Origin: Macrostomum lignano
Taxonomy: Eukaryota
NCBI GenBank assembly: GCA_002269645.1
Contig: NIVC01004006.1
Span: forward strand, 1,096 to 65,095
Reading direction: 5' to 3'
DNA: 64,000 bases
How positions within the stretch are numbered: position 1 is the stretch's first letter; each line of letters starts with the position of its first letter. Below the pieces are notes generated by a model, which was given only the letters and a program-made list of their open reading frames with translations, was not told where the DNA came from and ran no database searches. Both the position numbers and the translations under genes were made by a program. Below, piece by piece: positions 1 through 11,458 of the stretch.

Positions 1-3000
1 GCGAGGAAAAGAAATCAATTAAGATAGGCTTGCTTTAGTAATCATTAATAGGCTATAAAGGAACCCTTTAATAGAACGTGTTCAACTAATGCTGGGTCTG
101 TTTTGAAAAGTCAGAACTCAGAAGTAGTCGCGATTAGAATCAGTATTGTCCCAATAAGTGCGACCAACAAATGCTGTTCAAAAAATAGGCCTGGCTGCAA
201 TGTCCCAATAAATGCCCAACAAATTACTAGCCTTGAGCTAGGCTGGGCTGTGTTTACTATTCAATGCGTTTGTAGCTTGTGTCCCAACAATGCCACTGAG
301 ATTGTTGCATTGCTTTTGAATTGTGCTCTACCAAGTAACACAAGTACTCTGGTGTACAATACTTCTACAGCAGATAATACTCACCCAAAACAGATCGTCT
401 CTTTCTCTTTAATCCTGTGCCGGACGGGTTTTCTTCAGATCCACCAGAAAATTCACAAAGAGACTGACTGCCTGCACGGATAGCGGCTGCTGCTGCTGCG
501 GCTTGTGAGCAGCAAGTGAACCAAATGACGGATGCAGCGGCGAGATCAGAATGCTCGCTGCTGATCGTTAAAGCGCATTCTTGTCTCTTAGGCATGTCGC
601 TGGCGTGGCTGACTTCAGAATCTGCGAGGAAAAGAAATCAATTAAGATAGGCTTGCTTTAGTAATCATTAATAGGCTATAAAGGAACCCTTTAATAGAAC
701 GTGTTCAACTAATGCTGGGTCTGTTTTGAAAAGTCAGAACTCAGAAGTAGTCGCGATTAGAATCAGTATTGTCCCAATAAGTGCGACCCAACAAATGCTG
801 TTCAAAAAATAGGCCTGGCTGCAATGTCCAATAAATGCCAACAAATTACTAGCCTTGAGCTAGGCTGGGCTGTGTTTACTATTCAATGCGTTTGTAGCTT
901 GTGTCCCAACATATCACTGAGATTGTTGCATTGCTTTTGAATTGTGCTCTACCAAGTAACACAAGTACTCTGGTGTACAATACTTCTACAGCAGATAATA
1001 CTCACCCAAAACAGATCGTCTCTTTCTCTTTAATCCTGTGCCGGACGGGTTTTCTTCAGATCCACCAGAAAATTCACAAATAGACTGACTGCCTGCACGG
1101 ATAGCGGCTGCTGCTGCTGCGGCTTGTGAGCAGCAAGTGAACCAAATGACGGATGCAGCGGCGAGATCAGAATGCTCGCTGCTGATCGTTAAAGCGCATT
1201 CTTGTCTCTTAGGCATGTCGCTGGCGTGGCTGACTTCAGAATCTGCGAGGAAAAGAAATCAATTAAGATAGGCTTGCTTTAGTAATCATTAATAGGCTAT
1301 AAAGGAACCCTTTAATAGAACGTGTTCAACTAATGCTGGGTCTGTTTTGAAAAGTCAGAACTCAGAAGTAGTCGCGATTAGAATCAGTATTGTCCCAATA
1401 AGTGCGACCCAACAAATGCTGTTCAAAAAATAGGCCTGGCTGCAATGTCCCAATAAATGCCCAACAAATTACTAGCCTTGAGCTAGGCTGCTCAGAGCTC
1501 TACCAAGTACACACAAGTACTCTGGTGTACAATACTTCTACAGCAGATAATACTCACCCAAAACAGATCGTCTCTTTCTCTTTAATCCTGTGCCGGACGG
1601 GTTTTCTTCAGATCCACCAGAAAATTCACAAATAGACTGACTGCCTGCACGGATAGCGGCTGCTGCTGCTGCGGCTTGTGAGCAGCAAGTGAACCAAATG
1701 ACGGATGCAGCGGCGAGATCAGAATGCTCGCTGCTGATCGTTAAAGCGCATTCTTGTCTCTTAGGCATGTCGCTGGCGTGGCTGACTTCAGAATCTGCGA
1801 GGAAAAGAAATCAATTAAGATAGGCTTGCTTTAGTAATCATTAATAGGCTATAAAGGAACCCTTTAATAGAACGTGTTCAACTAATGCTGGGTCTGTTTT
1901 GAAAAGTCAGAACTCAGAAGTAGTCGCGATTAGAATCAGTATTGTCCCAATAAGTGCGACCCAACAAATGCTGTTCAAAAAATAGGCCTGGCTGCAATGT
2001 CCCAATAAATGCCCAACAAATTACTAGCCTTGAGCTAGGCTGGGCTGTGTTTACTATTCAATGCGTTTGTAGCTTGTGTCCCAACAATGCCACTGAGATT
2101 GTTGCATTGCTTTTGAATTGTGCTCTACCAAGTAACACAAGTACTCTGGTGTACAATACTTCTACAGCAGATAATACTCACCCAAAACAGATCGTCTCTT
2201 TCTCTTTAATCCTGTGCCGGACGGGTTTTCTTCAGATCCACCAGAAAATTCACAATAGACTGACTGCCTGCACGGATAGCGGCTGCTGCTGCTGCGGCTT
2301 GTGAGCAGCAAGTGAACCAAATGACGGATGCAGCGGCGAGATCAGAATGCTCGCTGCTGATCGTTAAAGCGCATTCTTGTCTCTTAGGCATGTCGCTGGC
2401 GTGGCTGACTTCAGAATCTGCGAGGAAAAGAAATCAATTAAGATAGGCTTGCTTTAGTAATCATTAATAGGCTATAAAGGAACCCTTTAATAGAACGTGT
2501 TCAACTAATGCTGGGTCTGTTTTGAAAAGTCAGAACTCAGAAGTAGTCGCGATTAGAATCAGTATTGTCCCAATAAGTGCGACCCAACAAATGCTGTTCA
2601 AAAAATAGGCCTGGCTGCAATGTCCCAATAAATGCCCAACAAATTACTAGCCTTGAGCTAGGCTGGGCTGTGTTTACTATTCAATGCGTTTGTAGCTTGT
2701 GTCCCAACAATGCCACTGAGATTGTTGCATTGCTTTTGAATTGTGCTCTACCAAGTAACACAAGTACTCTGGTGTACAATACTTCTACAGCAGATAATAC
2801 TCACCCAAAACAGATCGTCTCTTTCTCTTTAATCCTGTGCCGGACGGGTTTTCTTCAGATCCACCAGAAAATTCACAAATAGACTGACTGCCTGCACGGA
2901 TAGCGGCTGCTGCTGCTGCGGCTTGTGAGCAGCAAGTGAACCAAATGACGGATGCAGCGGCGAGATCAGAATGCTCGCTGCTGATCGTTAAAGCGCATTC

Positions 3001-6000
3001 TTGTCTCTTAGGCATGTCGCTGGCGTGGCTGACTTCAGAATCTGCGAGGAAAAGAAATCAATTAAGATAGGCTTGCTTTAGTAATCATTAATAGGCTATA
3101 AAGGAACCCTTTAATAGAACGTGTTCAACTAATGCTGGGTCTGTTTTGAAAAGTCAGAACTCAGAAGTAGTCGCGATTAGAATCAGTATTGTCCCAATAA
3201 GTGCGACCCAACAAATGCTGTTCAAAAAATAGGCCTGGCTGCAATGTCCCAATAAATGCCCAACAAATTACTAGCCTTGAGCTAGGCTGGGCTGTGTTTA
3301 CTATTCAATGCGTTTGTAGCTTGTGTCCCAACAATGCCACTGAGATTGTTGCATTGCTTTTAATTGTGCTCTACCAAGTAACACAAGTACTCTGGTGTAC
3401 AATACTTCTACAGCAGATAATACTCACCCAAAACAGATCGTCTCTTTCTCTTTAATCCTGTGCCGGACGGGTTTTCTTCAGATCCACCAGAAAATTCACA
3501 AATAGACTGACTGCCTGCACGGATAGCGGCTGCTGCTGCTGCGGCTTGTGAGCAGCAAGTGAACCAAATGACGGATGCAGCGGCGAGATCAGAATGCTCG
3601 CTGCTGATCGTTAAAGCGCATTCTTGTCTCTTAGGCATGTCGCTGGCGTGGCTGACTTCAGAATCTGCGAGGAAAAGAAATCAATTAAGATAGGCTTGCT
3701 TTAGTAATCATTAATAGGCTATAAAGGAACCCTTTAATAGAACGTGTTCAACTAATGCTGGGTCTGTTTTGAAAAGTCAGAACTCAGAAGTAGTCGCGAT
3801 TAGAATCAGTATTGTCCCAATAAGTGCGACCCAACAAATGCTGTTCAAAAAATAGGCCTGGCTGCAATGTCCCAATAAATGCCCAACAAATTACTAGCCT
3901 TGAGCTAGGCTGGGCTGTGTTTACTATTCAATGCGTTTGTAGCTTGTGTCCCAACAATGCCACTGAGATTGTTGCATTGCTTTTGAATTGTGCTCTACCA
4001 AGTAACACAAGTACTCTGGTGTACAATACTTCTACAGCAGATAATACTCACCCAAAACAGATCGTCTCTTTCTCTTTAATCCTGTGCCGGACGGGTTTTC
4101 TTCAGATCCACCAGAAAATTCACAAATAGACTGACTGCCTGCACGGATAGCGGCTGCTGCTGCTGCGGCTTGTGAGCAGCAAGTGAACCAAATGACGGAT
4201 GCAGCGGCGAGATCAGAATGCTCGCTGCTGATCGTTAAAGCGCATTCTTGTCTCTTAGGCATGTCGCTGGCGTGGCTGACTTCAGAATCTGCGAGGAAAA
4301 GAAATCAATTAAGATAGGCTTGCTTTAGTAATCATTAATAGGCTATAAAGGAACCCTTTAATAGAACGTGTTCAACTAATGCTGGGTCTGTTTTGAAAAG
4401 TCAGAACTCAGAAGTAGTCGCGATTAGAATCAGTATTGTCCCAATAAGTGCGACCCAACAAATGCTGTTCAAAAAATAGGCCTGGCTGCAATGTCCCAAT
4501 AAATGCCCAACAAATTACTAGCCTTGAGCTAGGCTGGGCTGTGTTTACTATTCAATGCGTTTGTAGCTTGTGTCCCAACAATGCCACTGAGATTGTTGCA
4601 TTGCTTTTGAATTGTGCTCTACCAAGTAACACAAGTACTCTGGTGTACAATACTTCTACAGCAGATAATACTCACCCAAAACAGATCGTCTCTTTCTCTT
4701 TAATCCTGTGCCGGACGGGTTTTCTTCAGATCCACCAGAAAATTCACAAATAGACTGACTGCCTGCACGGATAGCGGCTGCTGCTGCTGCTGCTGCTGCT
4801 GCTGCGGCTTGTGAGCAGCAAGTGAACCAAATGACGGATGCAGCGGCGAGATCAGAATGCTCGCTGCTGATCGTTAAAGCGCATTCTTGTCTCTTAGGCA
4901 TGTCGCTGGCGTGGCTGACTTCAGAATCTGCGAGGAAAAGAAATCAATTAAGATAGGCTTGCCTTTAGTAATCATTAATAGGCTATAAAGGAACCCTTTA
5001 ATAGAACGTGTTCAACTAATGCTGGGTCTGTTTTGAAAAGTCAGAACTCAGAAGTAGTCGCGATTAGAATCAGTATTGTCCCAATAAGTGCGACCCAACA
5101 AATGCTGTTCAAAAAATAGGCCTGGCTGCAATGTCCCAATAAATGCCCAACAAATTACTAGCCTTGAGCTAGGCTGGGCTGTGTTTACTATTCAATGCGT
5201 TTGTAGCTTGTGTCCCAACAATGCCACTGAGATTGTTGCATTGCTTTTGAATTGTGCTCTACCAAGTAACACAAGTACTCTGGTGTACAATACTTCTACA
5301 GCAGATAATACTCACCCAAAACAGATCGTCTCTTTCTCTTTAATCCTGTGCCGGACGGGTTTTCTTCAGATCCACCAGAAAATTCACAAAGAGACTGACT
5401 GCCTGCACGGATAGCGGCTGCTGCTGCTGCGGCTTGTGAGCAGCAAGTGAACCAAATGACGGATGCAGCGGCGAGATCAGAATGCTCGCTGCTGATCGTT
5501 AAAGCGCATTCTTGTCTCTTAGGCATGTCGCTGGCGTGGCTGACTTCAGAATCTGCGAGGAAAAGAAATCAATTAAGATAGGCTTGCCTTTAGTAATCAT
5601 TAATAGGCTATAAAGGAACCCTTTAATAGAACGTGTTCAACTAATGCTGGGTCTGTTTTGAAAAGTCAGAACTCAGAAGTAGTCGCGATTAGAATCAGTA
5701 TTGTCCCAATAAGTGCGACCCAACAAATGCTGTTCAAAAAATAGGCCTGGCTGCAATGTCCCAATAAATGCCCAACAAATTACTAGCCTTGAGCTAGGCT
5801 GGGCTGTGTTTACTATTCAATGCGTTTGTAGCTTGTGTCCCAACAATGCCACTGAGATTGTTGCATTGCTTTTGAATTGTGCTCTACCAAGTAACACAAG
5901 TACTCTGGTGTACAATACTTCTACAGCAGATAATACTCACCCAAAACAGATCGTCTCTTTCTCTTTAATCCTGTGCCGGACGGGTTTTCTTCAGATCCAC

Positions 6001-6040
6001 CAGAAAATTCACAAATAGACTGACTGCCTGCACGGATAGC

Positions 6041-6073
<33 letters not shown>

Positions 6074-8612
6074 GGCTTGTGAGCAGCAAGTGAACCAAAT
6101 GACGGATGCAGCGGCGAGATCAGAATGCTCGCTGCTGATCGTTAAAGCGCATTCTTGTCTCTTAGGCATGTCGCTGGCGTGGCTGACTTCAGAATCTGCG
6201 AGGAAAAGAAATCAATTAAGATAGGCTTGCCTTTAGTAATCATTAATAGGCTATAAAGGAACCCTTTAATAGAACGTGTTCAACTAATGCTGGGTCTGTT
6301 TTGAAAAGTCAGAACTCAGAAGTAGTCGCGATTAGAATCAGTATTGTCCCAATAAGTGCGACCCAACAAATGCTGTTCAAAAAATAGGCCTGGCTGCAAT
6401 GTCCCAATAAATGCCCAACAAATTACTAGCCTTGAGCTAGGCTGGGCTGTGTTTACTATTCAATGCGTTTGTAGCTTGTGTCCCAACAATGCCACTGAGA
6501 TTGTTGCATTGCTTTTGAATTGTGCTCTACCAAGTAACACAAGTACTCTGGTGTACAATACTTCTACAGCAGATAATACTCACCCAAAACAGATCGTCTC
6601 TTTCTCTTTAATCCTGTGCCGGACGGGTTTTCTTCAGATCCACCAGAAAATTCACAAAGAGACTGACTGCCTGCACGGATAGCGGCTGCTGCTGCTGCGG
6701 CTTGTGAGCAGCAAGTGAACCAAATGACGGATGCAGCGGCGAGATCAGAATGCTCGCTGCTGATCGTTAAAGCGCATTCTTGTCTCTTAGGCATGTCGCT
6801 GGCGTGGCTGACTTCAGAATCTGCGAGGAAAAGAAATCAATTAAGATAGGCTTGCTTTAGTAATCATTAATAGGCTATAAAGGAACCCTTTAATAGAACG
6901 TGTTCAACTAATGCTGGGTCTGTTTTGAAAAGTCAGAACTCAGAAGTAGTCGCGATTAGAATCAGTATTGTCCCAATAAGTGCGACCCAACAAATGCTGT
7001 TCAAAAAATAGGCCTGGCTGCAATGTCCCAATAAATGCCCAACAAATTACTAGCCTTGAGCTAGGCTGGGCTGTGTTTACTATTCAATGCGTTTGTAGCT
7101 TGTGTCCCAACAATGCCACTGAGATTGTTGCATTGCTTTTCAATTGTGCTCTACCAAGTAACACAAGTACTCTGGTGTACAATACTTCTACAGCAGATAA
7201 TACTCACCCAAAACAGATCGTCTCTTTCTCTTTAATCCTGTGCCGGACGGGTTTTCTTCAGATCCACCAGAAAATTCACAAAGAGACTGACTGCCTGCAC
7301 GGATAGCGGCTGCTGCTGCTGCGGCTTGTGAGCAGCAAGTGAACCAAATGACGGATGCAGCGGCGAGATCAGAATGCTCGCTGCTGATCGTTAAAGCGCA
7401 TTCTTGTCTCTTAGGCATGTCGCTGGCGTGGCTGACTTCAGAATCTGCGAGGAAAAGAAATCAATTAAGATAGGCTTGCCTTTAGTAATCATTAATAGGC
7501 TATAAAGGAACCCTTTAATAGAACGTGTTCAACTAATGCTGGGTCTGTTTTGAAAAGTCAGAACTCAGAAGTAGTCGCGATTAGAATCAGTATTGTCCCA
7601 ATAAGTGCGACCCAACAAATGCTGTTCAAAAAATAGGCCTGGCTGCAATGTCCCAATAAATGCCCAACAAATTACTAGCCTTGAGCTAGGCTGGGCTGTG
7701 TTTACTATTCAATGCGTTTGTAGCTTGTGTCCCAACAATGCCACTGAGATTGTTGCATTGCTTTTCAATTGTGCTCTACCAAGTAACACAAGTACTCTGG
7801 TGTACAATACTTCTACAGCAGATAATACTCACCCAAAACAGATCGTCTCTTTCTCTTTAATCCTGTGCCGGACGGGTTTTCTTCAGATCCACCAGAAAAT
7901 TCACAAAGAGACTGACTGCCTGCACGGATAGCGGCTGCTGCTGCTGCGGCTTGTGAGCAGCAAGTGAACCAAATGACGGATGCAGCGGCGAGATCAGAAT
8001 GCTCGCTGCTGATCGTTAAAGCGCATTCTTGTCTCTTAGGCATGTCGCTGGCGTGGCTGACTTCAGAATCTGCGAGGAAAAGAAATCAATTAAGATAGGC
8101 TTGCCTTTAGTAATCATTAATAGGCTATAAAGGAACCCTTTAATAGAACGTGTTCAACTAATGCTGGGTCTGTTTTGAAAAGTCAGAACTCAGAAGTAGT
8201 CGCGATTAGAATCAGTATTGTCCCAATAAGTGCGACCCAACAAATGCTGTTCAAAAAATAGGCCTGGCTGCAATGTCCCAATAAATGCCCAACAAATTAC
8301 TAGCCTTGAGCTAGGCTGGGCTGTGTTTACTATTCAATGCGTTTGTAGCTTGTGTCCCAACAATGCCACTGAGATTGTTGCATTGCTTTTCAATTGTGCT
8401 CTACCAAGTAACACAAGTACTCTGGTGTACAATACTTCTACAGCAGATAATACTCACCCAAAACAGATCGTCTCTTTCTCTTTAATCCTGTGCCGGACGG
8501 GTTTTCTTCAGATCCACCAGAAAATTCACAAATAGACTGACTGCCTGCACGGATAGCGGCTGCTGCTGCTGCGGCTTGTGAGCAGCAAGTGAACCAAATG
8601 ACGGATGCAGCG
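1..8612. repeat. Tandem array of ~624-bp units (about 13.8 copies, truncated at window start)
   Basis: The motif gcgaggaaaagaaatc recurs at 1, 624, 1245, 1797, 2420, 3044, 3667, 4291, 4930, 5555, 6198, 6823, 7447 and 8072. Homology stops at 8612. Copies differ by a few SNPs and indels, GCT tract length and one ~72-bp deletion. Confidence 0.99.
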
Positions 8613-8640
8613 TTGTAAATGCAGGATGCAGGATGATTGG
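385..8640 (-). CDS. Partial gene built of tandem symmetric (phase 1-1) exons encoding a 79-aa repeat; function unknown
   Basis: Predicted exons 8458-8640 (183 nt, unique 5' part), 7833-8069, 7208-7444, 6584-6820, 5941-6195, 5316-5552, 4676-4927, 4052-4288, 3428-3664, 2805-3041, 2182-2417 (236 nt, 1-nt deletion), 1558-1794, 1006-1242, 385-621. Each repeat exon has the acceptor cttaattgatttcttttcctcgcag|AT and the donor TTGG|gtgagt. Repeat: DSEVSHASDMPKRQECALTISSEHSDLAAASVIWFTCCSQAAAAAAAIRAGSQS(I/L)CEFSGGSEENPSGTGLKRKRRSVL. No transcript evidence available. Confidence 0.65.
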
Positions 8641-8779
8641 CTGTTGTAAATTAATTGATAAATAAGGTGATCGTGCCGCCTCTCTTATATTTCACTGAGC
8701 TCAGAGTATTACTAGGCTGCTTATTATTTTTTTCAACGTACAAAAAATACGACATATACGAGTACGAGACAATACTTAC

Positions 8780-8797
8780 TGGACAATGAAGGCAAAT
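8780..8797 (-). CDS. Candidate 18-nt phase 1-1 micro-exon upstream of the exon array
   Basis: Minus strand ttttcttctataacaaacag|ATTTGCCTTCATTGTCCA|gtaagt. Canonical acceptor and donor, length divisible by 3, and in phase with exon 8458-8640. Confidence 0.4.
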
Positions 8798-10404
8798 CTG
8801 TTTGTTATAGAAGAAAACGGTAGCTTATCGATATCAACGTATCTGGAATTTTAGAAAAGTACATATGTAAATTCCAGTTAAGTTTTTATTTAATCATAAA
8901 ATTTTAAAAAGAATTTTAAATTCTACTTACATATGTGTAATGGTTCCTAGCCAAGTCTTTTCATGCCAGGTCATGCATGGAAACTCTTGTGACGTGGCAC
9001 ATTTTGTCTGTGTAGTGCAGGTCTCGTAAATGAATTATATTCGCTTGAACATATGCAGTACCGCCAGTACGCCGTTTGTCAAAGGGAACTTCTACATGTA
9101 CCTTTCCGTTAGAATTGGCTCTTCCTCTTGTAGGCCTCAACTTCAGTGTAAACTTTATCCCGACTCCCTTGCGCCCGCCTCTCCTCCCCGCTTCCCCCCG
9201 CCGCGATAGGAATGTACGCGTGGCCTGGGTAAGGGATTGCCTGGGTCTTGTACACGCTTGTCCTAACACTTCTGCACTGTACGTGGGTTTATCTTTACGA
9301 TCCAAGATAAGCAGAATTGTTTTCCAGGAAGGCCTAGTAGTTAGTTTTGGGCCAAACTAGTCATCGATTTCGACTTTACAGTGACAGTGACACGCAAACA
9401 TGTGCTAGCAGTCCATGCAGTCATCTTAAGTTTCTTGGTATCTCAGTACATTTCAGTATACCAGACGATAATTATCATAATTCTAGGAAAAATTTTTCTA
9501 CATAGTATAGCTGCCCAAACCCAGGCCAATAAGGAAGTCATTTAAAGCCTTAGAGATTAAACGTTTCCCTCTAATACTCGTCCTCGGTTTTCTCGGGAAA
9601 TGCAAAGTTTTTCTTTGCCCTTTATTTCTTTGCTCTAAAAGCGCTTCATAAGACTGTGAGAATTTCCACCGGAAAACTACCTCACTCAAAGTGTCACTTT
9701 ACGTTAATGGCCTCCAGTCACTAACTTGAGTCAGTTAATACCCATTCACATATGACAAATAGATTAATGCAGCTGACTGAAAACGAGAATTTCAGTTAAA
9801 ATGGCCGAGGGCACAGGCGGATGTAACCTTAATTTGCCATGTTTCGTGTATAAGTGAAATTGGAAGCTAATGAATTTAGATGCTAGCTGTTTCTATGCAA
9901 AAATCTAAATATACTAAATCTATAAGGTTTGTATGCTTGATTGTAATATTCTAAATCTGTATTAAATTATTTCATATTTAGTAAACACGATGCCAAATGT
10001 CAGTGGATCCTTTCAAGTGTTGATTGGCAGCCCTGTAGGGAACCTTTATCTGTTACTTGTAGTAGACTTTCTTGATATTGTAAGAAATATTGTAATAAAA
10101 CGAGAATTCCGATTTGAGACCCAATTGTTCTGTTGGATCAGACCATCAGTTCGCATAATTTTTTAAACTTCTTAGGACACTGCAAATCATTAGATTCCCC
10201 GTGTTTGATTAAAAATATGAAAAAATGACATTGATTTTTGAAAGGAGAATCGAAAGACGGTTCCAATGAATATTTTTTCATTTCAATAGAATTCATTTTT
10301 GGAAGTGTCGGGACGCACTTATTGGGCCTGGCCCAACACATTTTTGGTCCTAATAGCACGGGTCAGTTTATACACGCTTGTCCGAAGAAATGCCTAATGC
10401 ACAA

Positions 10405-10608
10405 ACACGCAGTCATACGCACAGGCACACACTCACACAGGAGTGTACAGCGGCCCTAACTTTATTTACCGTTAGGCATGTACACTTCATTGCACGAGCA
10501 GAGCCAAGCCGAGATTCCAATTTAACCCCAAATTTAATGCGACTTTGAATCGACCCTGGGCCGCTGGCACATTGGCACTCCGCGCTCGACCACTAGGGTG
10601 CGGCCCCC
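10405..10608 (-). mobile_element. tRNA-derived SINE (copy 1)
   Basis: Minus 5' end gggggccgcaccctagtggtcgagcgc...ccagggtcgattc has A/B-box-like motifs. The body matches 14922-15152 and carries the shared core gtgtacatgcctaac...gttagggccgctgtacac. Confidence 0.75.
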
Positions 10609-10642
10609 AATGTAACTTATATAAGCCATAATGCCGCAATCT

Positions 10643-10652
10643 CAACAACAAT

Positions 10653-10694
<42 letters not shown>

Positions 10695-10739
10695 AACAAT
10701 AACAACAATAACATCAACAACAATAACAACAACAACAGT

Positions 10740-10820
<81 letters not shown>

Positions 10821-10829
10821 AATAATAAT

Positions 10830-10864
<35 letters not shown>
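10643..10864. repeat. (AAC)n microsatellite, probably the 3' tail of the adjacent RTE element
   Basis: About 220 bp of aac with occasional aat, starting exactly at the 3' end of the minus-strand RTE fragment. Confidence 0.95.
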
Positions 10865-11458
10865 AATACGCGTTCAGCGTCACAGGGCGCGCCTCAAGGC
10901 CAAGTCGCCAGCCGAATCCGGTGCGCCGGCGTCAGCCAGCAGGCAGACGGTGCCTGCAACGGTGCCTGCAGCGTCAGCAGCAGCACCTGCTGCATCGGCT
11001 CTGTGCAGTACAACTCGGCGCGGATGATGTGGCCTGCCAGCTGGAGTCGCCGACGGCGCAACAGGTCGCTTGGACGGACCAGGCCGGTGCGGTGATACAA
11101 AGCCGCGTTGGTCACTCGCTCGTAGCCGATCTTGAAGGCAGCGCGCAGCTGGCCAGCGTGCGCCGCGTCAACTTGTTGCTCGAGCGACTCCGTCAGCGTC
11201 CAGGTCTCGGCGTTGTACAGCAGGACGGTCTCGATCACCGCCTAGAACAACGCCTTTCTCTGGTCTCGGACTGCAGGACTGCCCTCGCAGAACGAAAGGC
11301 AGCCCAGGCAAGCCCGCGGCGACGCCGCAAATCCACGCGGACGCCGGGAACCAGACCGCTGAGGTAGACGAACTGCTGAGAACGCGGAAGCTCTGTCGCC
11401 TGTCCATCAGCGCCTCGGCACAAAATCGCAGCCTCGATGTCGTCCGGCACGCAGAGCG
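10865..11458 (-). mobile_element. 5'-truncated RTE-clade non-LTR retrotransposon fragment (RT C-terminus)
   Basis: Minus translation gives QFVYLSG..DLRRRRGLAWAAF, then after a frameshift ETVLLYNAETWTLT...VTNAALY...RRRRLQLAGHIIR. These are the motifs of the RTE ORF C-terminus. A short-repeat tail follows. Confidence 0.85.

Noticed and set aside
380-480. Hammerhead ribozyme or retrozyme in the 624-bp unit (minus strand CUGAAGA...GAAA, with a GUCUCU/AGAGAC stem)
   Set aside because: Stems I and II cannot be closed next to the core, and the stem III match is broken in about half the copies. The segment is better explained as coding exon.
1-623. snRNA, SL RNA or 5S gene array (Sm-like AAUUUUCUGG on the minus strand)
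   Set aside because: No recognisable U1, U2, U4, U5, U6, 5S or SL sequence, and the Sm-like motif lies inside the predicted exon.
103-8535. Plus-strand 60-126 aa ORFs repeated in the array
   Set aside because: They start at non-ATG codons, are broken by many indels between copies and have no splice support. They are antisense to the exon model.
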